Part shown: piece by piece, positions 23,722 through 33,525 of the stretch
How positions within the stretch are numbered: position 1 is the first letter of the stretch
How the letters are laid out: every line of letters begins with the position of its first letter
From: an uncultured delta proteobacterium
Lineage (GTDB): Bacteria > Desulfobacterota > Binatia > UBA9968
NCBI GenBank assembly: GCA_963737905.1
Contig: CAVTUQ010000002.1
Coordinates: 128,001 to 192,000, forward strand
Direction of reading: 5' to 3'
DNA: 64,000 bases
The notes under the pieces: generated by a model
What the model saw: only the letters and a program-made list of their open reading frames with translations
Told to the model about the DNA's origin: nothing
The model's database searches: none
Program-made: the position numbers and the translations under genes

Positions 23722-23816
23722 GATGATCGATAATCATTTTCTTAACAGAGTGAGCAGCCCCCGACAAGCTAATGCAGGTTGAGTTTTCATCGAGTCTATT
23801 CTAATTAAAAGCTTCC

Positions 23817-24665
23817 ATGATCAAGACATGGTTGATTCGCGGGCTAGGGTTTCTATTCATCGTCGCCGGTTGCGCAACTCTAGAATCGGGTGGAGAGTTC
23901 TTGTCCGGCCGGCGGGCCCTCATGAGCGGAGACTCCGCCGTTGCGCTCGGTTATTTCGAGCAAATTGCCAAACGCGATCCCAATTACGTTGCGCCTTTTA
24001 CTTCGTTTAGAGAAAGCATTTGGACCTATCTGGGGCGCGCTCAATATCAGTCCGGTAAGCTCGTCGAGGCCAAGGGGTCATTGGAAAGAGCGCTGTCCCA
24101 AATTCCCGGCGATTCAGTGGCCAAGCTTTACCTCGCATTGACGAACCTGCGCCTGCAAACAACGGAGAAAGCCACCAATCCGTTTACCTTACAGGACATT
24201 TCCTTTGCGCTCCGCGAACGGGTCGAGCCCAAGCGGGTCGCCGCTCTTGTCCGGGAACGCGGCGTTGCTTTTGATCTCACCACCGAGTCCGAGAGCCAAC
24301 TTAGAAAGGCCGGCGCCGATGACTTTCTGCTCGACGAGATCAAGAAAATTCGCGCTGAAGCCTTGAAACGAGGAAAGACCAATGAGAGCCAGCTCGGCGA
24401 ACGGGCTAAAGCACTCGCCGCCGCTCTTGCCGGAATTCGCGATCAGCTGGATTACTTAAACAGCACCCGGCAAGGGATCTTCTGGGATCCTAACAAGGAG
24501 ATTCGCTCGCAAATTCAGACCGGGCTTTCGCTCCTCTCGGCGCCCCAGCCCGACTGGGAGAAAATCTTGAGCACGGGCGAGTGGGTGGGACAGAGACTCG
24601 AAGAAGAGATTGACCTGGTCCGGCGGGACGAGGCCGAAGAGTTACGCCAGCAACAGCGGCGTTAG
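23817..24665 (+). CDS. TPR-containing lipoprotein
   Basis: Lipobox VAGC; TPR helices (WTYLGRAQYQSGKLVEAKGSLERAL). Confidence 0.7.
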   Translation: MIKTWLIRGLGFLFIVAGCATLESGGEFLSGRRALMSGDSAVALGYFEQIAKRDPNYVAPFTSFRESIWTYLGRAQYQSGKLVEAKGSLERALSQIPGDSVAKLYLALTNLRLQTTEKATNPFTLQDISFALRERVEPKRVAALVRERGVAFDLTTESESQLRKAGADDFLLDEIKKIRAEALKRGKTNESQLGERAKALAAALAGIRDQLDYLNSTRQGIFWDPNKEIRSQIQTGLSLLSAPQPDWEKILSTGEWVGQRLEEEIDLVRRDEAEELRQQQRR

Positions 24666-24690
24666 CCGGCAGAGCGCGATGCGGAGAGCC

Positions 24691-26269
24691 TTAGCAAGTT
24701 AGATCCACACGACCTAATCGTTTTTCGGCGCTACAGGCTCTTCGCGTCGCTTCGATCTCGTCCAGCACCTCTTGGCTGCCGGGGCTGATGGTGCGCGCCT
24801 TCTCCAGCTCTGCCAGTGCAGCCGCATAGTTTCCCTGTACCCGGTGGCTCTTGGCCCGGTTGATGTAGGACGCGATGCTAATAGTTTGCACGGGGGGTTT
24901 GACCGGCGTTACCTGGGGAGGCTCAACGGCGGGTCTGTAGGGTGGAGGTTCCGGTGGCGGTTTCACGACCGCTTCTCGGACTACGATGTCTAACGCCACG
25001 CTTTCGATTCCACCCCAGTCGGGCAACCACTGCGATCTTGCCCGGTCGTAAAGCCATCAATTCGCCGCGAGAGTTAACCGCGGCGATCGATGTATCGCTG
25101 CTACGCCATTCAACGCCGCTGGCAAGTCCCTTCTCGTTGCCATCGGAGTATCTTGCCTTCACCCGAAGGGGAAGCCGCTCCTGGGTTTTGACCTCGCGCC
25201 TAGCCGCGGAAACCGTGAGAGCAACCAATTGGGCTGCCACTGGAGTTTTTACAGCTGGCTTCTCTTCCGGCACAGTGACAGGCAAAACGGGCTTCTCCTC
25301 TCGCACGGCAAGAGTCCAAGCCGGGCTTGCGAGATCGCCGTATCGCGCGGTGATTTTCGTCTCTCCGGCCTGCCGGGCCGTGACTCGACCTTGATCATCG
25401 ATCGTTGCCACACGCGGTTCGCTGGTGAGCCATCTGACGTCCTCATGGATGTTCTTCTGCGTTCCATCGCTGTAGTGTCCCGTGAGGGCGATATTTAACG
25501 TTTCGTTGGGGCCGATCTCTTGCCGATCGCCGCTCAAGCCGAGACTAACGAGGCTTGGGGCGGAAACGGGTGGCGGTTTTACCGTTGCAACTTCCGGCCC
25601 CGAAGGTTGCCTATCTCCTTCTCCAAACCAAAGGAGGGAGCCGAGCACTGCTACGATGATGAAAGCTCCGGCGACTGCCATTTTCCACCATCCTGGCAGC
25701 TTGCGATCAGACTCTATGGATGTCGGACCGATTCGGAGCGGCGGCGGTGTGGAAAGCCTGGAGCTTTCATCGCTCATTGCCGATCGATCGACGGCGCGGG
25801 CTTCCTCTATACTGGACTCTGAAATCCGCTGCTTTTCTCGAGGGACTTCCTCGACGTCAGAAAGCTTTTGCTGCGCCGGCTTACTCATGAGTGACTGCAG
25901 GTCCGCAATCAATTGCCGGGCTCCGAGCGAATCCGTCGAACCGTCCCAATCCGTCAAGTCCGCCGCCTGAATACTGCGAAATCCAACCGGAGGTTTGACG
26001 GGTTCGATCAGTACCGGAATCAGCTTTCCTATAGCCCGCGCCTCTTCCGCTTCTTCCTTGACCCAATCGCTGTCCACCGAGTGAGTCGACCACAAGACCA
26101 CCATGCAACGCATGTCGCGAAGCGCTTCTTCGATCATCGAGCGCCAGGTACGACCGGCAGGAATGCGCCGGTCCCACCAGACGGTACAGCCGGCGGATTC
26201 GAGAAGACCCGCCACGGCGCGCGCCGTTTCCCGGTCTTCGTTGGCATAGCTGAGAAAGATATCCGCCAT
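24691..26269 (-). CDS. TIR domain-TM-2x bacterial Ig-like (Big_2)-TPR protein; one indel at ~25019
   Basis: DIFLSYANED...WWDRRIPAG...SDWVKEEA (TIR_2); TM segment; two repeats of W.SS(D/E)..VA.(I/V)...G...A...G...I.AR; C-terminal TPR in ORF 24691..25026. Confidence 0.8.
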
Positions 26270-26502
26270 GGGGCTCGCAACCAATGGGCTGAAACAGCCA
26301 ATCCTGGAATTGCTCGATGCTGGATGTTAGCAAATCTTACTGCAATTGTAATTGCAAATTCCACGGCCGCAGCACGGCATGTCCAGCGAGAAGTTCCGGA
26401 TCCAAGAAAAGGATGTTTGCCGTTGACACTCACCCGCTCGGCTTGATAGACGCACAAACAGAATACCGGCACATTAAGCGCACACGTTGTAAGGAGGTCA
26501 CT

Positions 26503-27324
26503 ATGGTTATACGAGAACTAAAAGACGGCTCATCGTTCGTCAGCACCCAGGAAGATCACGCCGAGCTTTCGGCACAATTTGCCGCGCACTGGGGCAACAA
26601 GGATTTCGCCAGGCTCCGCCCTTACGAGACCATGGTGTTCGCCACAACTTATCACGACAGCGGTTACCGGGAATGGGAAGGGAATCCGCCGATGAACGTG
26701 GCAAAGGGGCGTCCCTACGCGTTCCGGGAAGAGATCCCATCTTTCGAACCAGCCGAACTGCAGGCCTATGCGCGTAACGTCGATTGGGTAAGCTCACAAG
26801 ACCGCTACGCCGGCCTTTTGGTTTCTATGCACCGCACCGGCCTGTGGCAAAACCGTTACGACTCTTTGTCGAGCCCCAAGGGTAGACTCCGCGAAAGAAG
26901 CCCGGAGGTCAAAGCCGTGAAGCAACAATTGGAAACCAAGCAGCAAGAAGAGAGACAATCTCTTGGCCTAGAGAACCCGGCCTTCGAAAACGAGTTGTGG
27001 TTCAATTATCGGGTGCTGCAGATCTACGATCTTCTGTCGCTCTATTTTTGCTGTGACGGTTATTCAGACGATGATCATTTTAAGGAAGATGTGCTGGCGC
27101 CCATTCGCTTATCCTATGGTAGCCAAGCCGAAGTGGAGCTGCGGATCATTCCCACCGGTCTCCGCTCGGTGAGAATGGAACCGTATCCATTCGATATCGC
27201 GCCGCTGACGGTGTCGGCGCGGGCAAGGGTCATTCCGCCCGGAAGCTATCCGTCGGAAGCCGCATGCCTGGAGGCCTATCACAAAGCGCCGCGCAAACTG
27301 TTGAGCTTCGAGATTTTCCAGTGA
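26503..27324 (+). CDS. DUF3891 family protein
   Basis: TQEDHAELSAQFAAHWGN, HDSGYREWE, YAGLLVSMH, DLLSLYFC; AAGGAGG RBS. Confidence 0.75.
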   Translation: MVIRELKDGSSFVSTQEDHAELSAQFAAHWGNKDFARLRPYETMVFATTYHDSGYREWEGNPPMNVAKGRPYAFREEIPSFEPAELQAYARNVDWVSSQDRYAGLLVSMHRTGLWQNRYDSLSSPKGRLRERSPEVKAVKQQLETKQQEERQSLGLENPAFENELWFNYRVLQIYDLLSLYFCCDGYSDDDHFKEDVLAPIRLSYGSQAEVELRIIPTGLRSVRMEPYPFDIAPLTVSARARVIPPGSYPSEAACLEAYHKAPRKLLSFEIFQ

Positions 27325-27441
27325 TCTTACCAAGAAGAAAAAGTCAATGGTTTGCGGATTAGCTCGATCCCAATTGGTTGACCAGGCTTCGACATTGGTG
27401 CTAAACCGTCGGTCATTGACATTCTTTCAAGGAGCACGTTC

Positions 27442-28923
27442 ATGGCTAATTCTACTCTAGAGGTCGATGTCGCGATTATCGGAGGCGGGGGCGCGGGAAT
27501 CCCGGCAGCGATCGAGGTCGCCCGGGCCGGGGGGAAAGCGGTGGTCTTAGAGCAAGCTGATTCTTGCGGCGGAACGGCCGCTATTTCGGGCGGAGGCTGC
27601 TGCATTGTCGGAACGCCGCTGCAAAAAGCACAAGGCATCGAAGATACCCCTGATCTCGCTTTCGAAGATTGGGTCAAGTGGGGCCAAGGCGCTGCCGATG
27701 AAGTGTGGGCGCGATTCTATCTCGAACATACTCTCCATGACCTTTATCACTGGGCCGAAAACTGTGGCGCGAAGTGGGTCGATATGAAATTTCAGGAGGG
27801 CAACAGAGTGTTCCGCTGGCACCGGCCGGACAATAACGGACTCGGCTTGATGACCGCGTTTATCAAGACCACCGAGTCGTTGCCCAATATCAAGATCATG
27901 ACGTCCACCTCGGCGGGCAACCTCCTCACACAAAACGGCCGGGTTTGTGGTGTAACCGCAACAAATCATAGGAACGAGACCATCGATATTCACAGCAAGG
28001 CTGTGGTGGTCGCTACGGGAGGATTTAACTCGAACCTCGACATGGTCTTGGAGCACCGGCCTGAGTTCAAGAAGTTTAAAGTGATGGAAGGTTCCGGGTT
28101 CGGCGCCAAAGGCACCGGACACAAGATGGTCCGCGAATTGGGCGGTTATTTTACGCACATGGATAACATCTGGTTCTATGTCTATGCCACACCGGATTAC
28201 CGCGATCCCCAAGGCAGACGCGGTCTGGTTTTTCGCCTCACACCCGGCTATATCTGGTTCAATCAGCAAGGGAAACGTTTCCATAACGAATCCCTCACCG
28301 GCGGCGCCTCAGCCACACCCGCGCTGCTCCGGCAAAATCCGCCCCACGCCTGGGCGATCCTCGACACGCCGATGACGGCGAAGATGGAAGTGGCCGATCC
28401 CTACTATCGCGACGGCGATAAAACCAGCAGAGATAAAGTACAGGAGCTGCTCGACACTTCGCCGTACATCAAGAAAGCCAACACCCTGGCCGAGCTTGCC
28501 AGGAAAGTCGAAGTGGATGTGGAGTCGTTTGTTTCTACGATAGAGCGCTACAATAAAGCCTTCGATGACGCCCTGGACCGGGAGCCGGAATTCGGCAAAT
28601 CTTTGAAGCTATCCAAAAAATTTGACGCCCCGCCCTACTATGCGATTCAATTATTTCCCCTGGCGCGGAAAAACTTTGGCGGTGTCAAAACCGATCTCCG
28701 CTGTCGCGTGTTGAACAAATATTTCGAGCCGATTCCTGGGCTTTACGCCGCTGGGGAAGTCGCGGGCATGGCGGGAGGTCATATCAACGGCAAGGCGGGG
28801 CTCGAAGGCACCATGCTCGGTCCGTCCATCTTCAGCGGGCGCGTGGCCGGAGCGTGGGCCGCGCACGAAGCGGGCTTCGGTCCCGGTTTCGTCGGCAAAC
28901 CGAATCGGCCGGAGTTAGACTGA
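27442..28923 (+). CDS. FAD-dependent oxidoreductase (flavocytochrome c/KstD/TcuA family)
   Basis: GGGGAG, GGTAAISGG, VVATGGF, IPGLYAAGE. Confidence 0.85.
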   Translation: MANSTLEVDVAIIGGGGAGIPAAIEVARAGGKAVVLEQADSCGGTAAISGGGCCIVGTPLQKAQGIEDTPDLAFEDWVKWGQGAADEVWARFYLEHTLHDLYHWAENCGAKWVDMKFQEGNRVFRWHRPDNNGLGLMTAFIKTTESLPNIKIMTSTSAGNLLTQNGRVCGVTATNHRNETIDIHSKAVVVATGGFNSNLDMVLEHRPEFKKFKVMEGSGFGAKGTGHKMVRELGGYFTHMDNIWFYVYATPDYRDPQGRRGLVFRLTPGYIWFNQQGKRFHNESLTGGASATPALLRQNPPHAWAILDTPMTAKMEVADPYYRDGDKTSRDKVQELLDTSPYIKKANTLAELARKVEVDVESFVSTIERYNKAFDDALDREPEFGKSLKLSKKFDAPPYYAIQLFPLARKNFGGVKTDLRCRVLNKYFEPIPGLYAAGEVAGMAGGHINGKAGLEGTMLGPSIFSGRVAGAWAAHEAGFGPGFVGKPNRPELD

Positions 28924-29002
28924 ACAAAAAAGGTCTAGTAACCTAACAGCGCAAATTCAAAGTCTTTGCGCGAACTGCTGGAACCGGATCCAGTCTGACT
29001 TC

Positions 29003-29038
29003 TTGAACGATTTGAACGGCTTGAACATTTGGAACGAA
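29003..29038 (+). repeat. 9-bp tandem repeat T(T/G)GAACnnn x4
   Basis: TTGAACGAT TTGAACGGC TTGAACATT TGGAACGAA. Confidence 0.7.
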
Positions 29039-29075
29039 AAGCAGCGCTGAGGCTGCCCGTAACAAAATACTGACC

Positions 29076-31481
29076 ATGCTGGATACCAACGAATCAACAC
29101 CGGCCAAGAAATTGGTTCGCGGCTATTGCGCGCTCTGCACGGCTCACTGTGCGACCATCGCGACAGTGGAAGATGGCCGAGTGATCCGACTCGATCCTGA
29201 CCATGATCACCCCAACGGAGGCGTTATATGCATTAAAGGCAAGGCCGCCCCCGAGCTAGTCTACAATACAGACCGTCTCAATTATCCGCTCAAGCGCACG
29301 CGGCCCAAAGGAGATCCGGATCCCGGTTGGCAGAGAGTGAGTTGGGACGAAGCGCTCAATGACATTTCCCAGCGCTTGAGCTCGATCCGCGACCGTTACG
29401 GCGCCAAGGCGGTCGCTCTAGGTAAAGGCACCAAGAGCGGCACGTCAGTGGATGACGTCGAACGATGGCTCGGCCGTTTTCTCTACCTTTTCGGCAGTCC
29501 CAACTGGGTTTCAACGACTCACGTTTGTAACTGGCATAGGGACACCGGTTTCAGCTTCACCTTCGGCACGAATCTCCCGACACCGGACCTCGCGCACAGT
29601 AAAACGTTCCTACTCTGGGGTCACAATCCAAGCTCCACTTCTCTCGTCTTGGCCCACGACATCGTCGCCGCTCGGGCGCGGGGCATGAAAACCGTCGTCG
29701 TGGATCCGCGGCGTATCGGCATCGGCAGCCAGGCGGACATGCTTCTCCAAGTCCGGCCGGGCACCGACGGCGCCCTCGCCTTGGCGATGATTCATTGTTT
29801 GATGGAAGAGAGCTGGTACGACGCCTCCTTCGCGCGGCAGTGGACCAATGGGCCTTTTCTGTTGAATGGCGCGACAGGACAGGTTGTCACGGAAGCGGAT
29901 CTGACGGGGGACGAAGCGTCCAACCGTTACGTCGTGTGGGATGAATTGAAGGATCAACCGGCGATCTACGATCCTGACACCGGCGTCTACGAACATGACC
30001 AAGTGCTGCCGGCGCTTTTCGGCGCGCGCACGCTCCAGGGAAAGAATGGTAAAGAGATAACATGCAAACCTGTCTTCGAGCGTCTCGGCGAAATCGCCTC
30101 CGCCTTCGCTCCCGAGCGCTCGGAAAAGATCACCTGGGTGCCGGCCGACAAAGTTTGGCAAACCGCTCTGATGCTGGCGCACAACCGTCCCTTGAGCATG
30201 TACATGTGGAACGGCATCGGCCAACACACCAATGCCACGCAAACCAGTCGAGCCATCGCATCGCTTTATGCGCTGCTGGGCGACATCGATCGGCCGGGCG
30301 GCAATGTGATGTTTCCCAAAGTTCCGGTCAACGACGTCAGTGGAAAAGAATTCTTACCAAAGGAAATGGCGGCGGTGCGTGTCGGCCGTGAGAGAAAACC
30401 TCTTGGGCCACCGGCACAACCAGGCAATTGCGCGGCCTACGATATCTTCACTGCAATCTTGGAAGAGCGCCCTTATCCGATAAAAGCGCTGTTAAACTTC
30501 GGCTCCAATACCGTGATGTCCACTGCCGACTCACGGCGAGCACGCGCCGCGCTCGGCGCTTTGGAGCTCGGCGTGGCCGTTGATCTTTTCATGACGCCCA
30601 CGGCGGAACTGTGCGACTACGTCTTGCCGGCGACGAGTTTTCTTGAGATGGCCAATCTCACAACCGCCTTTGAACACAGACCGGCCGGCAAGACTCACTC
30701 ACAGTATCGACCAGCAGTTGTGGAACCTATCGCGGAGCGCCACTCCGACACCTGGATCATTTTTGAATTGGCCAAAAGGCTCGGCTTCGGCGAGCAGTTC
30801 TGGAACGGCGACATTGAAGCGGGCTATGCTTACGAATTGGTGCCTTCGGGACTTACCCTGGAACAAGTTAAGAACTCACCCGGTGGAATATCTTTGCCCG
30901 CAGCCACGACCTACGAGAAGCACGCCACGAAAAGCAAAAATGGCGTCCTGCGTGGATTCACGACGCCGTCGAAGAAGGTCGAGCTCTATTGCCACAAGTT
31001 CGCGGCCCACGGATATCCGACGATGCCCGAATACGTGGAACCCGCTTTGAGCCCAGTCAGCCGCCCGGAGGTGGCGGCGGACTATCCGCTCGTGCTCACC
31101 AACGCGAAGTTCACGACTTTCGTGCATAGCCAGCAGCGCGCACTGCCAAGCCTGCGGAAATCAACCCCGGAACCGACGGCGGATATTCACCCCGATAGCG
31201 CCACCCGTTTCGGCATCGCGAACAAGCAATGGATGATCGTTGAGAGTCCCCGCGGCGCCATCAAAGTCCGCGCTCGCGTCACTCCCAATATCGTCCCCGG
31301 CGTAGTTTGCTGCCAGCATGGTTGGTGGCAGGACTGCAAAGAACTTGAACTACCGGGTTACAATCCGTACGGGAGCGACGGCGCCAATCCTGCCACCCTT
31401 ATCGGCACCGATCTCAGCGATCCCGTCAGCGGCTCTCTGCCCCACCGCTCCTACCTCTGCCGCGTCAGACCGGCGGAATGA
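29076..31481 (+). CDS. Molybdopterin (bis-MGD) oxidoreductase, DMSO reductase superfamily
   Basis: CALCTAHC...CIKG 4Fe-4S motif, RPGTDGALAL, DLFMTPTAELCDYVLPA, C-terminal MGD-binding domain; no Tat signal. Confidence 0.9.
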   Translation: MLDTNESTPAKKLVRGYCALCTAHCATIATVEDGRVIRLDPDHDHPNGGVICIKGKAAPELVYNTDRLNYPLKRTRPKGDPDPGWQRVSWDEALNDISQRLSSIRDRYGAKAVALGKGTKSGTSVDDVERWLGRFLYLFGSPNWVSTTHVCNWHRDTGFSFTFGTNLPTPDLAHSKTFLLWGHNPSSTSLVLAHDIVAARARGMKTVVVDPRRIGIGSQADMLLQVRPGTDGALALAMIHCLMEESWYDASFARQWTNGPFLLNGATGQVVTEADLTGDEASNRYVVWDELKDQPAIYDPDTGVYEHDQVLPALFGARTLQGKNGKEITCKPVFERLGEIASAFAPERSEKITWVPADKVWQTALMLAHNRPLSMYMWNGIGQHTNATQTSRAIASLYALLGDIDRPGGNVMFPKVPVNDVSGKEFLPKEMAAVRVGRERKPLGPPAQPGNCAAYDIFTAILEERPYPIKALLNFGSNTVMSTADSRRARAALGALELGVAVDLFMTPTAELCDYVLPATSFLEMANLTTAFEHRPAGKTHSQYRPAVVEPIAERHSDTWIIFELAKRLGFGEQFWNGDIEAGYAYELVPSGLTLEQVKNSPGGISLPAATTYEKHATKSKNGVLRGFTTPSKKVELYCHKFAAHGYPTMPEYVEPALSPVSRPEVAADYPLVLTNAKFTTFVHSQQRALPSLRKSTPEPTADIHPDSATRFGIANKQWMIVESPRGAIKVRARVTPNIVPGVVCCQHGWWQDCKELELPGYNPYGSDGANPATLIGTDLSDPVSGSLPHRSYLCRVRPAE

Positions 31482-31537
31482 CGTCTAGGTAAGCAACCCC
31501 CCTGAGGCAAAGCTGCGGGGGTTCAAACCCGAAGTGA

Positions 31538-31561
31538 TTGAACAGTTTGAACGTCTGGAAC
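31538..31561 (+). repeat. 9-bp tandem repeat T(T/G)GAACnnn x3
   Basis: TTGAACAGT TTGAACGTC TGGAAC. Confidence 0.6.
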
Positions 31562-31599
31562 TCTAAGCTGAAAGGCCAAGCACGCCAATCTGAAACCTG

Positions 31600-32226
31600 C
31601 TATCTGGAACCTTTTACCGTAGCGGCTTTCAGATCCGCCGTAAGGGAAGTCAGGATCTCCTCGAGAGCTTGGTTCCAGCCTTTGACTAGGGCTTCCGGCG
31701 TTCGACCGGTCAAGGGGACAGACTTCGCGTACCTTTTCTGCAAGAGGATGCCGGCCTTCGTGGGAATTTCGCTGGTCAAGAAAAACTCCATCTCCAAAAC
31801 AGCTCGCGGTGAGTCGGTATTGCGAAAATCGCCATAGAGCGTATTCACCGTGCCTTCCAAAACATAAGTCGGCTGCGATTGGTTCGACGGGCTGATGACA
31901 TAGTTGAACAGCTGCGACCCGATCAAATCTTTCCGGACTTCCTCGGTGATCAGCGAGGAAGGAGACACTAAAAACTGGTTATAGAAATCAGATTCGTAGC
32001 CGGCCTCCGACGTGCGGTAAACGAAACTCCTATCCGCGTACCTCGGCGAGACGCGGATATTGGAGACCTGCAAAGTTTCGTTGGCCGAGGGATTGGATGG
32101 AGTTAGGTTCCCGCCCGCTTCAAGCACAAAATAGCGCTTGTCCGGATAGCTTTTTTCAATACTGACGCAAGCGACGACGCACAAAGCCAGCAGCGCCGGC
32201 GCACAGAAGATAGACCAGTTTTTCAC
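31600..32226 (-). CDS. ABC-type transport auxiliary lipoprotein (PqiC-like)
   Basis: Lipobox VVAC; YESDFYNQF; last gene of the mlaEFD-like operon. Confidence 0.8.
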   Translation of the reverse strand: MKNWSIFCAPALLALCVVACVSIEKSYPDKRYFVLEAGGNLTPSNPSANETLQVSNIRVSPRYADRSFVYRTSEAGYESDFYNQFLVSPSSLITEEVRKDLIGSQLFNYVISPSNQSQPTYVLEGTVNTLYGDFRNTDSPRAVLEMEFFLTSEIPTKAGILLQKRYAKSVPLTGRTPEALVKGWNQALEEILTSLTADLKAATVKGSR

Positions 32227-33281
32227 CGTTGGATGACTTTCGAGGCTGGCGGCGGTGCGCCAAACAGCAATTGGGACGGATACTTCTTGGAATCGTCCGT
32301 AAGCTCTTTCAAATTCTCCGATATCGAGCGCAGGTTGTCCACCGTCTTTTCGATGTCCTGTTGCTGGCCGGAGATCAAGCGATTCAACCGTTGAACGGTC
32401 TGCCGCAGTTGAGCGCTGGTATCCGGCAGATCCGCCGAAACCGAATCGAGCCGTTTGCTCAAACGCTCCAGACTCTCCGAAACTTGCGGGAGATCGGCCA
32501 GCATTTGATTCAAGGGCTTTTCCGCGCGCTCGATGATCTCCCGCGCGCCTCCCGCCGCTGCCGCCGCGTCAGCGACGACGGACTTGAGCTCCGGACTGGT
32601 GACAAGATCTTTCAGCTGGCGATTTGTCTCCCTGACTTCAGTCAGCAGCGCATAGGCTTGGGCGCCGACTTTTTCCACATTGGTTCCTTCCGCCATCTTG
32701 GTGATAGCCGCGAGGGATCTGTCAACGCTGCTCATAAGCTGAGGAATATCGAGCTGTTCGAAGTTTTGCAGAATACTTTCTACGGAGTCGCTCAGTTGGA
32801 CAATCCTGCTTCGCGCGGAAGGTATGTACGGGTATTTGGGTTGCCAGTCGATTTCCAGGGGCGGATTACGTTCCGGATCGAGATAGTCCGCTTCAAGATA
32901 AGCGACACCCGTCAATCCCTGAGCTGCCAAGCGTACCCGAAATCCTCGTTCAAGCTCATTTCTAAAAATTGGATCGTTGGGGTCCGCCAACGGAAACTGA
33001 AACAGGTTCGAGGTTATGCCGACGCGCACGAGAACGTAGCGCCGCCGTGTATCGTATACGGCGCTCGCGAGTGTAATCTCCTCCACCTTCCCCACTAGCA
33101 CGCCGCGGAATTTCATCGGAGAACCGACATCCAACCCCTGCACGGACTCTTGGATGTAAGTCTCCACGAGGGCGGTTCTTTGAAACAGACTGCCGACTCC
33201 CAGAACGACGATTCCGATGACCGCGAGCACCGTGGCGCTGATCACGAATAAACCGATTTTGAAGTAGCTCAGTTTGTTCAT
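32223..33281 (-). CDS. MlaD/MCE family protein
   Basis: ESVQGLDVGSPMKFRGVLVGKV, QGLTG, helical tail. Confidence 0.9.
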   Translation of the reverse strand: MNKLSYFKIGLFVISATVLAVIGIVVLGVGSLFQRTALVETYIQESVQGLDVGSPMKFRGVLVGKVEEITLASAVYDTRRRYVLVRVGITSNLFQFPLADPNDPIFRNELERGFRVRLAAQGLTGVAYLEADYLDPERNPPLEIDWQPKYPYIPSARSRIVQLSDSVESILQNFEQLDIPQLMSSVDRSLAAITKMAEGTNVEKVGAQAYALLTEVRETNRQLKDLVTSPELKSVVADAAAAAGGAREIIERAEKPLNQMLADLPQVSESLERLSKRLDSVSADLPDTSAQLRQTVQRLNRLISGQQQDIEKTVDNLRSISENLKELTDDSKKYPSQLLFGAPPPASKVIQR

Positions 33282-33298
33282 CGCAACAGAAGCTTAGC

Positions 33299-33468
33299 TG
33301 GCTGCTGAAAATGACTCATATGCTACGCTCAATCGCTTCGCTTCAGTTGGCTTATGGCGTAGGGCTAATAGCATATGGTTCGGAAGCTCCAACTATATGC
33401 CATAAGCATATCAGCCATATGCGAACTACGCGCGCTTGTCTGCCTAGAGATCTTTTTTGAGCAACCTG
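33299..33468. repeat. REP/MITE-like element containing heptamer palindrome copy 2
   Basis: Imperfect terminal IR GGCTGCTGAAAA / TTTTTGAGCAACC; internal GCTTATG-GCGTAGG-GCTAATA-GCATATG and its inverted arm. Confidence 0.55.
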
Positions 33469-33525
33469 CAAACAAGTTTTCGGCAACCTGATAGAAACAA
33501 TCTAACATCGAGCTGTAAAGCTACG

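Noticed and set aside
29003-29038. CRISPR array
   Set aside because: The units are 9 bp without unique 25-45 bp spacers, and there are no cas genes.
31495-31523. IS200/IS605 end hairpin
   Set aside because: The palindrome is degenerate, no transposase is nearby, and it fits a terminator/REP remnant between convergent genes.
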